Below are positions 46,723 to 58,367 of a DNA stretch of 64,000 nt, in pieces. A model generated the notes under the pieces. That model was given only the letters and a program-made list of their open reading frames with translations, searched no databases and had not been told where the DNA came from. The DNA comes from Nemertoderma westbladi (taxonomy: Eukaryota > Animalia > Xenacoelomorpha). Positions within the stretch are counted from its first letter, which is position 1. The number at the start of each line of letters is the position of its first letter. Both the position numbers and the translations under genes were made by a program. The stretch covers positions 1 to 64,000 of the forward strand of contig JAUCBJ010008503.1 of the NCBI GenBank assembly GCA_032718475.1, written 5' to 3'.

Positions 46723-48676
46723 CAGTCGGTGAGAAGTCAAAAATTGGACTTCAAGTCCAATTTTAGACTTCAAGTCCAATTTTGGACTCCAAAGTCCAAT
46801 ATTGGACTTTAGTACAACTCCAAGTGTACCCATACTGCCATACTGTATATCGGTATTTAAATCAAAACGGCATCCCGTATCAGTAGGGCCTACATATATC
46901 TGTATATATTACATAATTACAATGCAACATTATTTTAATGATCAAATTAAATATTATATGTCAGTATGTATTATACTGTTATAAACACGGATCGCACACG
47001 TACAGTCAGACAGTCAGACATCAGTAGTTACTTTTTGCGGTAGTGGTATAGCTTTGCACTTTGCGGTAGCCTTACTGCCTTAGCGGTGTATACCGCGGTA
47101 GCGTAGTTGAGTTATAGCTGTATAGTTCATTCATACCCACAGACCCATACTGCCATACCTGTGTTATTTTCGTATGGCAAAAATAAGACTACTGTAAACT
47201 GTAACCTATTGCAGTATTGTGTTATTGAGTTAATGTTTATTGACTAATTGTTTTGATTAGGTTCACTGTGCAGCTGTGTCAAGTACAATGCACACATCTC
47301 TGCATCTCCAACCAGACACTATATAACATTGGAGTTGGAGGTGTCTCATTCAGTCATTGGTTCCCCCAAGCTTGACACTAGAACAAAGCCGCCTCCGCTT
47401 TGCAGGACATCGCTTTAAGCCGTGAGGACCAGCCAGTGCACCTCATGGAGTGAATAAGCATGGTGGACAGCCCATGACTTTCTTGAGACGCATCTTTCTT
47501 ACTGTCTTAAACAGTTAAAGGACACTGGCCTTGAAGATGCGGATGATCTAGCAAATGTCATGGGTGATAAGGCTGTAAGAGTGTAAGGGAGTTGTGGAGG
47601 CGCACTTTTGTCAACAAGCCGGCACAGCATTCTTAATACATTATAGGGCCTATATATAATGCAGCTGCAATGAATCATGCCGATTGTAGTAGTAGTATGT
47701 GGTGAGGTTATAGGGCTCCTTCAATTGGTAAAGTCAAAAGTGGGCGTTTATTGTTTTAGTTAGAAAAGCCTGCCTCTGTAACCTGTTCCTTTCCCTCAAT
47801 TGGTTTATGATTATGACGTGTGTTACTTGTTACTTCTGTACTTATTATGTGGAGACCCCAACACGTTAATCAGTTACTAATCCCATTTCATTATCCTGCA
47901 GTCCTGTTGTATGGAAAAATGAGAAGAGATGGTGGTAGCATCAACTTGTAGTATTTCTTTCTGATAGGGCTCCCATAGCTTTAGACGAAATCGTAGCTTG
48001 TACTATAGTTAGCCTTAGCAGCAGCTGCAGTTGGCTAACCTGGCATTGCTACCAGTATCCACCAATTATAATTTGTAATTAAATATTTGTTGGAGCATAA
48101 TCTAATCTAGTCCTAAAGACACTATAAAGTCCTGGGTACAGAAGGCTGTAAGGTTAGACATAACATGAATGTAAATTGTAAACTAAACAATATGCTAAAA
48201 GTAAAGTACAAAGTACCTAGAATGCTAGAATGTACTCATTATATTCTAAGTACAGTACAGTCATCATTACACTGCTGCACTGCAGATACATACAGAGCTG
48301 CAAAGGTAACTTTCCATAACTTAACAGCTGTCTGGCTGTCTCTCATCTGTCATGCTTCATGTACCTTTAAGTTCGATTCTCAATGTAACGTCCAAAATTG
48401 GACTTAAAGTCCAATATTGGACTTTTGTAAAAATTCAAAGCCTTATAAAAAAAGTTCCCCCTGGTGAATTTCAGGTCCCCCTGTTCAAAACTCTTATTTT
48501 TTGATATATTTTCGATTAAAGAAAAAAAATCCCGCCCGATCCAATTACCCAAGGCCCTGGAACAATTGGCTGATTTGAAGTCCAATATTGGACTCAAAGA
48601 AGTCCAATTTTGGACTTGAACTGGAGTCGAAGTCCAATTTTGGACTTAAGTCCAATTTTTGACTTCTCACCGACTG
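46723..48676. mobile_element. Family C element, copy 2 (inverted relative to 17676-20517)
   Basis: Same TIRs; own TSD ACATG; contains an RTE 3' fragment at ~47262-47697. Confidence 0.93.
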
Positions 48677-49646
48677 ACATGTTGAGCAAACTCTACATAA
48701 ATTCCAACCTGGGTGGGGGTCAGGGGGTGGGTACTGGCAACTGGCTGACTGGTTACTTTATCTGGTTATTGTTACCGCTACCAGTCTGCAGTCAGCCACT
48801 TGCCAGTTCTGCAGACAGGCAGACTGAAGTTAACTTTTACAGTCGAGGCGATCTAGGCACTAGGCCTGCTAGGTCTAATCGGTTTTCATTGCATACCAGC
48901 CAGCATACAGGCATACATACAGGCATCTTGTAGGCCTATGCGTACGGTCAGATTGTCTGACAGTACAGCAGTAGGCGTAGGCACTTCCAGTGGTTTACTA
49001 CGGTATATTTCAAGATTGAACTTGTCAGACAGTAGGCTAGGCCTACAGTACTGTAGTAGTACAGTAATAGGCATAGTCACTTCCAGTGATTTACTAGGCA
49101 GCTAGGTACATTTCAAGTTTGAATTTGAGTTGGCCAATTAAAATGTATTTGTGGTGCCGACCGCCTGGGCATCTGACTGTCAGACTGTGTATATCGGTAC
49201 CGGCTGACCGGTGTCACAGGCGAAAATGCTCCCCCCCACCCCCGCGCGGAATGCCCAGGGGGCATATTCGCCGAGCCCCAAATGCCCCCCCTGGTCACAT
49301 ACGCCTAGCGCCATATGGCCCCCTACCGCGCAGAATGCCCCCCCCCCTCCCCGGTGATTTTATGGTATGAAATAAGGGATTAAATTGTAATTTCATTACA
49401 CATAACATTGGGCCTATTTATTACATATCATAAGTATGGGGCCGTCCAAGTATGACATCTGCACTTTTCCCCAAAATGTCGACCCCCTCCCTCCCCTAAA
49501 TCAGATGTCATCAGATAGGCATTGACCCCCCCCCCCCTCCCCTAAATCAGATTTAAAAAATTTTCGCCACCTAATCACTGAAACATGGTGACTGGTAACT
49601 GAAACAGAAGGTCGTGCTACGGGCCTTCGGGGGCTTCGAGAACAAT

Positions 49647-50830
49647 TGTACGCGCTTTTGAAGACCTTTAGCAGTTTAACCTGCTAAAATTTATATGTCT
49701 TTTGGTTTATAAATAGACTTTTAGTAAATGACAAGTATTTAATACCAATAAACACAACATTAGCCGAAGCCAGCCTAGTGCGCGTCCATTCACCCGCTGG
49801 ATATACCCGGGAGACTGGATTCGGATGGGGCTTAGATTTTATTATTGCAGTGAAGCCTACTGTATTATTCGATTGATCGTTAATAAATAATTCCTGACTA
49901 ATATTATTCACTTTCGGGAAATATTAACAGTTCCTTTAGGACGTGGCGCTCTATCTAGGTAAACAGAGCTATGACTTATACTAAACACAACGGTAAGGCT
50001 TATGATTCACGTATAAGGCGCATTCTTTAGGAAATGCTTTGTTATCAGCCACAATCATGCACACTACCGGTACCGCACAATACTGCACACTAATCTGCCG
50101 ACCGTCAATGAATTTGATCACACATAAAGAGAACAGCAATTGACTCATGTAGTGCCTATCAAATAGCATTAAACTCACTACAAACCACGATAATATAAGT
50201 CGCAATCGCTATATGTAACCTGTCTCTCTAACCTGTAGTGTATCAAGAAAATTGGGAAATTTGGGTTCTTTATAGATGTTCTCCAAATAATAATATTCAA
50301 CCAACTGATACAAATAATGACAACAGTAAACAGCATTAAGACGGTAGGTTAAGATATGATATGATTGTTTGGTTAGTTGATAATTATGGCGATAACAGTT
50401 ATACGTTCTATAATCTACGCCTACTAATGTTTTACTAAAAGTCTGAAACACCGAGTCATTCCAAAAGCCGATGTTCTTGGCCTAGAAGGAACAACAACAA
50501 CAGTAACACTGAAACAGTAAGAATGAACACGCCTAGCACGATCTGTAGAATATCTCCACATCGACAGTAAAAATCGCCCTGATTGGCTGTTAAGCTAAAC
50601 AAAGAACCATGTGTCCAACGGCCGTTTCCATGCCAGCAACCAGCTGTTAGATGTCGTAATCTGAATCATCAAGGCTACACTGTGCTAGAGTATTTGACGC
50701 ATTGCGGGTTTTGTGCCTTGCCATGTCCGCCAAAGCACACATATAGAAGAATGACTTTTATGTCCGTTAAAACACCTACAACGGTACTTTGCAGGCAAGG
50801 GGACTGATTATACCCGCAAAAGCTTTTACA
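49647..50830 (-). repeat. 3' LTR
   Basis: TGT...ACA; matches 60704-61888 except ~3 substitutions and one 1-bp indel seen by eye. Confidence 0.96.
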
Positions 50831-50904
50831 CCGCTCCCAGAAAATGGGATTTGAGTCTATAAATCAAAATCACAGTTTCTAATATACGTAAATACTCTAA
50901 ACAG

Positions 50905-52499
50905 TTAGTCTTTCTTGCGCGGACGGCGTTTACGCAGTTTTTTAAAGCTAGCCAGAGTCTTTTTCTCTTTGGGGCGAGCCACTTTACAAGGAGGGCTATA
51001 ACTCCTGGGTGAAGGGTGCAATATGATTGCATCAGAGGGTGTAGGATTAGGGTCGGTGTATCCGCCGGTCGAAGTGCCGGGTTGGTTGACATCAACGTCG
51101 GGGGAGAGGGGTCTAACAGCCTTTAGAGCGCGTTTTAGGACGGCCGCTCTTACGGGTCCTTTACGAGTGGTCTGAACGAGAGCCGTGGGTGGACCATAGG
51201 CAGTCAGAAACTTCCTGGGTTTAATGGTTCTTTCCAACTCGCGTTCGCGGGCTCGGTATTCGTAAGGCCGTCGATATACTTCCTGTAACTCGGGGTGTGA
51301 GTTAACAAATAAGTCTCCATAGCTCCGGATCCTGACGGATAAAATTGATTAAGTTATAGGAGTGAATGTCGCTAGGATTAATACTCCTGAGAAATTTGCG
51401 TACGAACTTGGTTGAAATACATTCTCCGACGCGCTTCAGTAGTTCGTAACTCGATATGCGTGATTTCTGTTCGACAGAAGCGAATAGATAAGGATGGAAC
51501 GCATAAACTCCTTCGTAAGCGCGTCCAGGATAATAACGATGGCGCGAATCACAATGTAAATCAGCGTTCGCTTCCCAAGCTCTGATGTAACGTAGTGTAA
51601 TCATTTCATCTACGCTTTCCAAATCGTGATTAAAAGGGCAATCGAAACTGGCGTGTCCCTTTAGTTGACAATGGTGACATTGAGTCATAAATTGAGGGCA
51701 AACCGCAAAAATGTGCAAGTTATTGAGTCTGCAATATGCACAATAAATTTCCATCGCCGGTTGTTCGTGGAAATAGGAACAGCGGACGTTTGTGTCCTTC
51801 AGTTTGTTGGTTGGGTCTAGGGCATTCGTCACAATAATACCAAAGACGTACGTCCTGTAGAGGAAACGCGGGTGATCGTTCTCCAGTTTTGCAATATTCT
51901 TCCATTTGTTCAAAACTATCCGGGATAACAGGTAGTGGACGATCGGCGGTAAGATACATCATAGTGAAATAGAGCCGTTTGAGTTCTACCATAGGGTCAT
52001 GATGTATACCTTGAGGATATAGAGTCTCGAGGTTCTGCTGACTGGCGATGTTGAGATAGGTTTCTCTCAAAAATTCCAGGTAGTCGTTGAAGTCGATGCG
52101 TTTATCCGGTTCTTCAACGTTTTCTCTTTCCAGTCTGTTACGAATAGAATTTTCGTGTTCTATTCTCGGTTTATCGTTACGACTCCGCTGGGTATGATAT
52201 TTAAATAGAACCATTTCCCTTTCGGTGTCTACATCGTCCGTATCATGTAAATCGATAGGATGGCCGGTAGTTAAGAAGTCCATATACGTACCATTACGAT
52301 GCGTATAGCGAGCGGTGAATTTTCGATAGTCCAATTCACGCGTAAGTTGCTCTTGGGACATCGGCGGTTCGATATAACGACCATCGTCCTCCGTAATGGT
52401 TGGATCGGCTTCACCGCGTATCAAGCTATCCACAAATGCTTGTAAAGGTAGAGTATATCGCTCCCTGATACCAAGATCATCTTCTATCAACTCCGTCAT
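50905..52499 (-). pseudogene. Accessory zinc-knuckle ORF, split by two frameshifts
   Basis: Track ORFs 51720-52499, 51302-51913 and 50905-51237 join into a homologue of 3-1415 (CSYF.EQP.MEIYCAYCRLNN...ERTIKPRKFLT...RPRKKD*). Confidence 0.85.
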
Positions 52500-54121
52500 A
52501 TCTGCTATTTGGGTTTATTAATATTATAAGGAGTTTATGTTTAGGCGAGCGGGCGTCGCTGCCTACCTTTCTTTGCCCCCGGACAGTGGGATTCTCAGCG
52601 CCGATGTACCGTCGTCGCGGTGTTTACGCCAACATGTAGCAACAGCACGACAACGATAACCGGCACAAGTCACTCCACTGTCCGTCCCAAAGGCTTGAAT
52701 CCACTTTAGGTTCTTTCTATAGGAGAGTTGGGCTACTTTCACAATTGCGACTAGCTACTGTAAACACACTTTAGCAGTAACATTCACCTATAAACGCACA
52801 AATTCCACACAACTGTCACCAATTGTACACATACAGGCCATTTGTCCGTTAGTCAGTGCCTTCCAGAATGTCACGTTATTATTGTGTATCCTTGGATACT
52901 AACAGTGTGCTATGTATTCTCTATGCTATGCAATGGGACAAGCTTTCTATTGTTCTTTTAACTTGCTTCTAATTCTAGCGTGGGTGTTGCTATGGTGACA
53001 TTATGGAAAGCTAGCGGTAGAATTAGGGCAATTCTCATGCATACAGATCTGGAATGCTATTTAATAGTAATTCTTTAATTGTCAATATCCTCTTTATGCA
53101 TGATTTTATTAATTTTATCGGCTATTGACTATATGTTGGAGATTCTCGCACTCTAATACACTCAATAGGATGAATCTCCGCTCCCATGATCTATTAATTA
53201 ATGGAATTTTGGGAATGTTATAAATTGCACAAAATGACAATTTATGAAATTCATTTAAGATATGAATTTAAATTTATTCCCGTGAATTTTATTATTTGAT
53301 GGTAAAATTGACACAATTTTATTCCAGAGCATGTCTGGGGACCTAGGATCTTTAATTCTATAAAATTGTCTTTTAAGAGTATCGGTAAGTGCTGCGATAT
53401 CTTAATTGACTAGAAATTTTAAAGGATCTGAATTTTACAGATTTTAATAAATATTAAATTAATATTTAAGATGGGCACCGATTTATTCCAGAACTTGTCT
53501 GGGGACGTTAACCACTGATTCTAGAATTTGTCTTTCAAGTATATCGGTGGGTGCCGCGATATCTTAATCGACTAGAATTACAGATGGTCAAAAGGTTTAA
53601 CAGATTTATTTGCGTTTTACGCTACTGTTATAGGGACATCACGCTACTATATGTATTATTTAATATAAGGTATGAAGAGCAATATCGCACGAAGCAATGT
53701 CAGTGTGAAGAGGCAAGTCGTTTCCAAGGTCTACCCAGAGCTTGGTTTAGCTGAGACACGAGGATCTGAACTTTGCATTCCTAATACTCTGCCTACCAAT
53801 AATACTTAAATATAGTAGGAGCTTTATTGTACTTTAATAAGTACTGACATGTCATCTTACTATAGTCTCGTATTTATAATATAATACGGACAGTAAGGAA
53901 AAAGAAAGAATTATTTCTCGCCGTCACACTAAATATATATTATGTGTAATTACGTAATAAACACTAATATATTGCACTAACCTACTAAATAATCTAAAAT
54001 AACATTCTACTAAATAAAATTAAATAAAACGATTATAATAAAATTACATAATAATACATACATAAATATAAAATAAAAACAAATATAAAATAATATAGTC
54101 ACACGCCCACTCCATATGTTA

Positions 54122-56404
54122 TTACGTTATGGAGTCCCTAGATATTTGTCGGATTAGGGAAGTGGTCGTAGGAAGAGTATCTTGCCTTCCATAGTTTCCG
54201 GACAGTTTTCGGTCTCTTTCCAGTAAACATAAACGACCAGCTGGGCGATTGAGTTGTTGTGTTACTTTCTCCGCTCCCTTGGCCTGTCTAATCTCCGCCG
54301 TGGTAAGATGAGGAGGCCATTCTTCTTCTTCTTTACTTAAGAAGTCGGATCCACCTAACCAGCCTGGAGTATCTATCAGTTCTTGAGGAGTTGCTCCTCT
54401 GGAAGCGATGTCGGCTGGATTAATCGTCCCAAGGCAATGTCTCCATTGATCTACATTGGAGTTAATATCGTCATTATCTGAGGAGTATGGTGTTCCCTCA
54501 GTTGGGTCGTCCACCTCACTGCTCTCCACTTCCCATTCCTTTACTTGGTATACCTGTTGTTGAGGTAATCTCTCTTTGAGAGTTCTACGGGAAGGGCCAG
54601 TGAAGTACCAACCTACTCTAGTTCTTACCGCATAGGTTTGTAGTGGCTGTGGTTGAGCAGGCCGTTTCTCCAATGTCTCTAGCGCCTCATGCGCGTTTTG
54701 GCCGATGAGTATTTGCACTCCAGGATAATCTGTGTGGAATCGAGGTATCTTAAGCTGCTGGATACTCTCGTCCTCGTCCCAGTTATAAGGTTCTACCTGG
54801 GTAGTAGCGAAGTTCTTTATAGCCACCATTTTTACTGACCTTATACTTTGTTCTCCTAATTTATCCTGGGGGGTGGACAACGCACCTACATAGTAATCTG
54901 CCATTATGGGAGATTTCCAAACCTGCATAATTCCTGACATATTCAACTTAGTTCGGAATTTGGGTTGTCCAGCAAAGATGTCTTCGGCTAGTTCTTGATC
55001 GATGAATGTTCCTGTGCTGCCGGAGTCAAGGAGGGCGTTCACTATGTAACTTTTGTTAGGACCGTGAACTCTTACCTGCACTACCGGAAATTCTCTGATT
55101 CCTACGTTGGAAGTTGGAGGTTTCCAAGATGGTTGTCTGTCAAAGGTAGTTGGGGGGAACTCATTGTCGGTGTCCTTTTCATACGTAAGTGCTCGATACA
55201 CTGCGGTATTTATTAGGTAACAGGATTCGTTGGCGTCGGAGAATTCGTCCGTATAGAATCCTTCCATCTCAGATTCTTGATCAGTGTCATTTACATCACT
55301 GAATTGGACATGTAGTTTGGGCTCACTTACCTGACTCGGGTTGTTTCGTTCGAATTCACTGTGTAACAAGATGTGATGTTTCGCACCGCACTTTGCACAC
55401 TTTACGTCGGAGTAACAGGTTCGCCGTTGGTGTCCTTGTCTGAGGCAATTATAGCATAACCGCTTATCCCACATGACTTCACGTCTGTCTACCAGGGATT
55501 TCTTTAGGAATTCAGCACACACACTCAAACGGTGGGGCCCGTCGCACAGCGCACATTTTGGTTTGATGTTACTCACCTTACCTTGGGTAACGTTATGCAC
55601 TCTCGTTCTTTCTTCGGGCTTTCTTCCGCGAATTCTCTTAGGAGACGTAGGAGGAGTTGTTGTTACCTGTTCTCTCCTGTCACTGGTTCGAGACTTATAT
55701 TTACTTACGTCTTTATAGGTCTTGTTGTCATAGTAAGATTTTGCTGTGTCTTTCCCGCTGTCCTCTTCTTGAGAAGCTTGGCTTTCGCCGTCGTCAGTAT
55801 AACACACTGGTGTTACCCTTCTCCTAGAAACGGGTTTCTCACTTACCTTATTTTCCGATGTTTTCTCTCTGGACTGCTTTATGAGTTGTAATTTTACTTC
55901 ACTATCTAAGAAGGACATGAGATCAGCCATGGTAGGGCCTCGTCGTTGCTGCTCATTCATATACAACACTTTCTTGTCCCAGCGTGTACATACTCCACCC
56001 TTTGGTAAAGTAGAGACTACGGCTCCAATAACCATGGAACTCTGATATTCATGAGACTTACCTAACCAATCCAATTGTCTACAGATCTCCTGAATCTCAT
56101 CGGAAAACTCTATAATCCCGCTACTAAGGAACTTTCGGGGGGCTACTAATTTTGCATACAAATACTTAGCTATGTTATCCTTGTTACCATACCTGATGTT
56201 TAATGTATCCCAAACTTGTCTTAATCCATCTGGATGTCCAATAAACTTTAACGCCATTAACTTGGGAGGTCCTTCCAAGCACTTGATGAGGAATCTAAGT
56301 TTCTCTCCGTTAGATAGTACAGAGCTCTGTATGCTATCTTTGTAATATTCATTGAAAGGTAACCATTTCATCTCATCTCCATTGAATTTGACGATTTCTC
56401 CCAC
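54122..56404 (-). CDS. Bel/Pao Gag core (DUF1759-like), three zinc knuckles and aspartic protease, fused by deletion to the post-RNase H segment
   Basis: KFNGDEMKWLPF; CALCDGPHRLSVC, CYNCLRQGHQRRTC, CAKCGAKHHILLH; ALLDSGSTGTFI; AVRTRVGW; then directly QWRHCLGTINPADIASRG...W.GG..FL...WP. Confidence 0.9.
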   Translation of the reverse strand: MGEIVKFNGDEMKWLPFNEYYKDSIQSSVLSNGEKLRFLIKCLEGPPKLMALKFIGHPDGLRQVWDTLNIRYGNKDNIAKYLYAKLVAPRKFLSSGIIEFSDEIQEICRQLDWLGKSHEYQSSMVIGAVVSTLPKGGVCTRWDKKVLYMNEQQRRGPTMADLMSFLDSEVKLQLIKQSREKTSENKVSEKPVSRRRVTPVCYTDDGESQASQEEDSGKDTAKSYYDNKTYKDVSKYKSRTSDRREQVTTTPPTSPKRIRGRKPEERTRVHNVTQGKVSNIKPKCALCDGPHRLSVCAEFLKKSLVDRREVMWDKRLCYNCLRQGHQRRTCYSDVKCAKCGAKHHILLHSEFERNNPSQVSEPKLHVQFSDVNDTDQESEMEGFYTDEFSDANESCYLINTAVYRALTYEKDTDNEFPPTTFDRQPSWKPPTSNVGIREFPVVQVRVHGPNKSYIVNALLDSGSTGTFIDQELAEDIFAGQPKFRTKLNMSGIMQVWKSPIMADYYVGALSTPQDKLGEQSIRSVKMVAIKNFATTQVEPYNWDEDESIQQLKIPRFHTDYPGVQILIGQNAHEALETLEKRPAQPQPLQTYAVRTRVGWYFTGPSRRTLKERLPQQQVYQVKEWEVESSEVDDPTEGTPYSSDNDDINSNVDQWRHCLGTINPADIASRGATPQELIDTPGWLGGSDFLSKEEEEWPPHLTTAEIRQAKGAEKVTQQLNRPAGRLCLLERDRKLSGNYGRQDTLPTTTSLIRQISRDSIT

Positions 56405-58367
56405 TTCGACCGCTTGGCGGGCTAGCCATCTGATGCGTAAAGCTTTCTTGGGCCATCGTATTATTTAATATCGAATTATCGGTATATAAATTTCTCGGAT
56501 TATTATCAGGTCTATAGGGAATATCATTAACAACAGGTTTATAATCACCCTTAATAGGGTTTGCTATAGGAGTTTCTACTTCACTAGCAGTATAGATGCG
56601 TGTAGGCTCCACACCTTGCGCATGTAATACTTCAGACCTAACAGGTTGACACAATGTTACAGGGGGTATTGGTATACCCTTTTGTATATTGACTAATTTG
56701 TCGCGTTCCAGCGCGATACTTTGCTGCACTTCTTGCAATTCTACCCTACTTTCCCTTACTGTTCCCTTGAGTTGGTGGACAGTCCCTTCTAAATCTCGGA
56801 TCTGCTGTGAGGAACATTCTCGGTGCTCTCTCAGCTGCCCGAGCAAGAGACCCATCTCCCGCCGTCCCCCATCAACCCACTCGACCGCCGAAGCGGGAGC
56901 CGCCAACGTAGTAGCGGGCCGACGTGGGACGACGGGAGACAAATCTTGGATTTCTCTCTCAGCGTCAAGAACCGGGACATTCTCTGGGACTGCTCCACCG
57001 GGTGCAAACAGTTTCGTACTGTGTAAAGGGAATTTGGTTGTAGGTTCGGGGAGTACAGGGGCCTCTCTCACCGAAGGGGTGTTTTCGAGAACAGGCTTAA
57101 CTATTTCAGGCTCATCTACTATGGTAGGGAGTCTTTTGACCTTAATAATTTGGTCTGTGGGTTCTGTACTACCTAAGTCTGTGCTAGCTAGTTGTCTTCT
57201 GACAGCTGGGGGCAAATCAGGCAGTTTATGACGGTGAGATGTTTTTCTACGCCTGCTTAGACGAGATCTATTTCCTCCGCCTTCCGGATCGGTGGTCTCG
57301 CCTTCTTCCGATGATGTGTATTCTTGGCGTTTGGGAGTAGATCGACTCATCATCTGCATTTGACTAGCAGTTAGCTGTTTATTTATGTAGTCTTGCGTCT
57401 CTTGCAGATTTTCCAACTCCAGTTGGGTAGTCTCCTCAGACGCTCTCCGTTCTGCTTCTGCCACTGCCTTTGCCATTGCCGCTGCCGCCTTTCTTTCTGC
57501 TTCTGCTTTTGCCGCCGCTGCCTTTCTTTCTGCTTCTACTTCTGCCGCCGCTGCCTTTCTTTCTGCTTCTACTTCTGCCGCCGCTGCCTTTCTTTCTGCT
57601 TCTACTTCTGCCGCCGCTGCCTTTCTTTCTGCTTCTACTTCTGCCATTGCCGCTGCTACTGCTGCTGCCTTTCGGTCCTCTATCTGTTTTTTCTTTATTT
57701 GTTCTTCTTGGACTCTAACGAGGCGGAGTCGTTCATCAAATTTAGCTTGGTTCGCAGCTAACATTTCCGCATCGATTGCGTCCAACACAAGCTTGGTTCC
57801 TTCACTATTAGGGCGAAGTCCAGACAGTCGTCTCCTCAACTCTTCGTCTCCTAGGAATCGCTGATAGTCTGACAGATAGATGTCAATGGCGTCTCTAGTT
57901 CGCGGCTTCTCTGCTGCTGTTAATTCGCTTTCCACTTCGCTTTCCACTTGAGAAGAAGTGGCGTCGGTTGATTCTTCATAGGTTGGCCGCTCATCATAAA
58001 CCGTATCCGCCATCTTCGCTACGCGTTCGGGCGTCCGCTCAACAATATCCGAACTACTGGAGCTATCAGGCCGCTGAGAACTAGGTTCTTGGCTAGGAGG
58101 TTGCTGCTGTTTGATAGCTGCTTCTTGATCCCGCTTGACTTGGGCCCGAGTGCCGATGATAGACCTACGCTTTTCTACTAGCCTAGGGTCTGACACTACT
58201 ACTGTAGGGATGGCCTTTCTTACAATAGTAGGTGACTTAGACTTGGATCTAGGATGTTCTATACTTGGATCTTGGTCACAGATCCTTTTAATACGCTGTC
58301 TAAGTCTAATACTCATTCTAACACTTTCTAAGAGACTATCTGACAGTGATTTGGTTGCGTCTGTCAT
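56373..58367 (-). CDS. N-terminal Gag region of the Bel/Pao element (low complexity/coiled coil)
   Basis: 664-aa ORF with 33-bp tandem repeats encoding AAAAEVEAERK. Overlaps the downstream Gag core in another frame. Confidence 0.8.
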   Translation of the reverse strand: MTDATKSLSDSLLESVRMSIRLRQRIKRICDQDPSIEHPRSKSKSPTIVRKAIPTVVVSDPRLVEKRRSIIGTRAQVKRDQEAAIKQQQPPSQEPSSQRPDSSSSSDIVERTPERVAKMADTVYDERPTYEESTDATSSQVESEVESELTAAEKPRTRDAIDIYLSDYQRFLGDEELRRRLSGLRPNSEGTKLVLDAIDAEMLAANQAKFDERLRLVRVQEEQIKKKQIEDRKAAAVAAAMAEVEAERKAAAAEVEAERKAAAAEVEAERKAAAAEVEAERKAAAAKAEAERKAAAAMAKAVAEAERRASEETTQLELENLQETQDYINKQLTASQMQMMSRSTPKRQEYTSSEEGETTDPEGGGNRSRLSRRRKTSHRHKLPDLPPAVRRQLASTDLGSTEPTDQIIKVKRLPTIVDEPEIVKPVLENTPSVREAPVLPEPTTKFPLHSTKLFAPGGAVPENVPVLDAEREIQDLSPVVPRRPATTLAAPASAVEWVDGGRREMGLLLGQLREHRECSSQQIRDLEGTVHQLKGTVRESRVELQEVQQSIALERDKLVNIQKGIPIPPVTLCQPVRSEVLHAQGVEPTRIYTASEVETPIANPIKGDYKPVVNDIPYRPDNNPRNLYTDNSILNNTMAQESFTHQMASPPSGRSGRNRQIQWR

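Noticed and set aside
17676-48676. Compound transposon carrying CRTC and NIPBL between inverted family C copies
   Set aside because: Each copy has its own TSD (TCAAT, ACATG) and the outer flanks do not match, so these are independent insertions.
49684-50807. Short ORFs repeated in the LTRs
   Set aside because: Recurrence reflects LTR duplication; frames are not conserved across the diverged LTRs.
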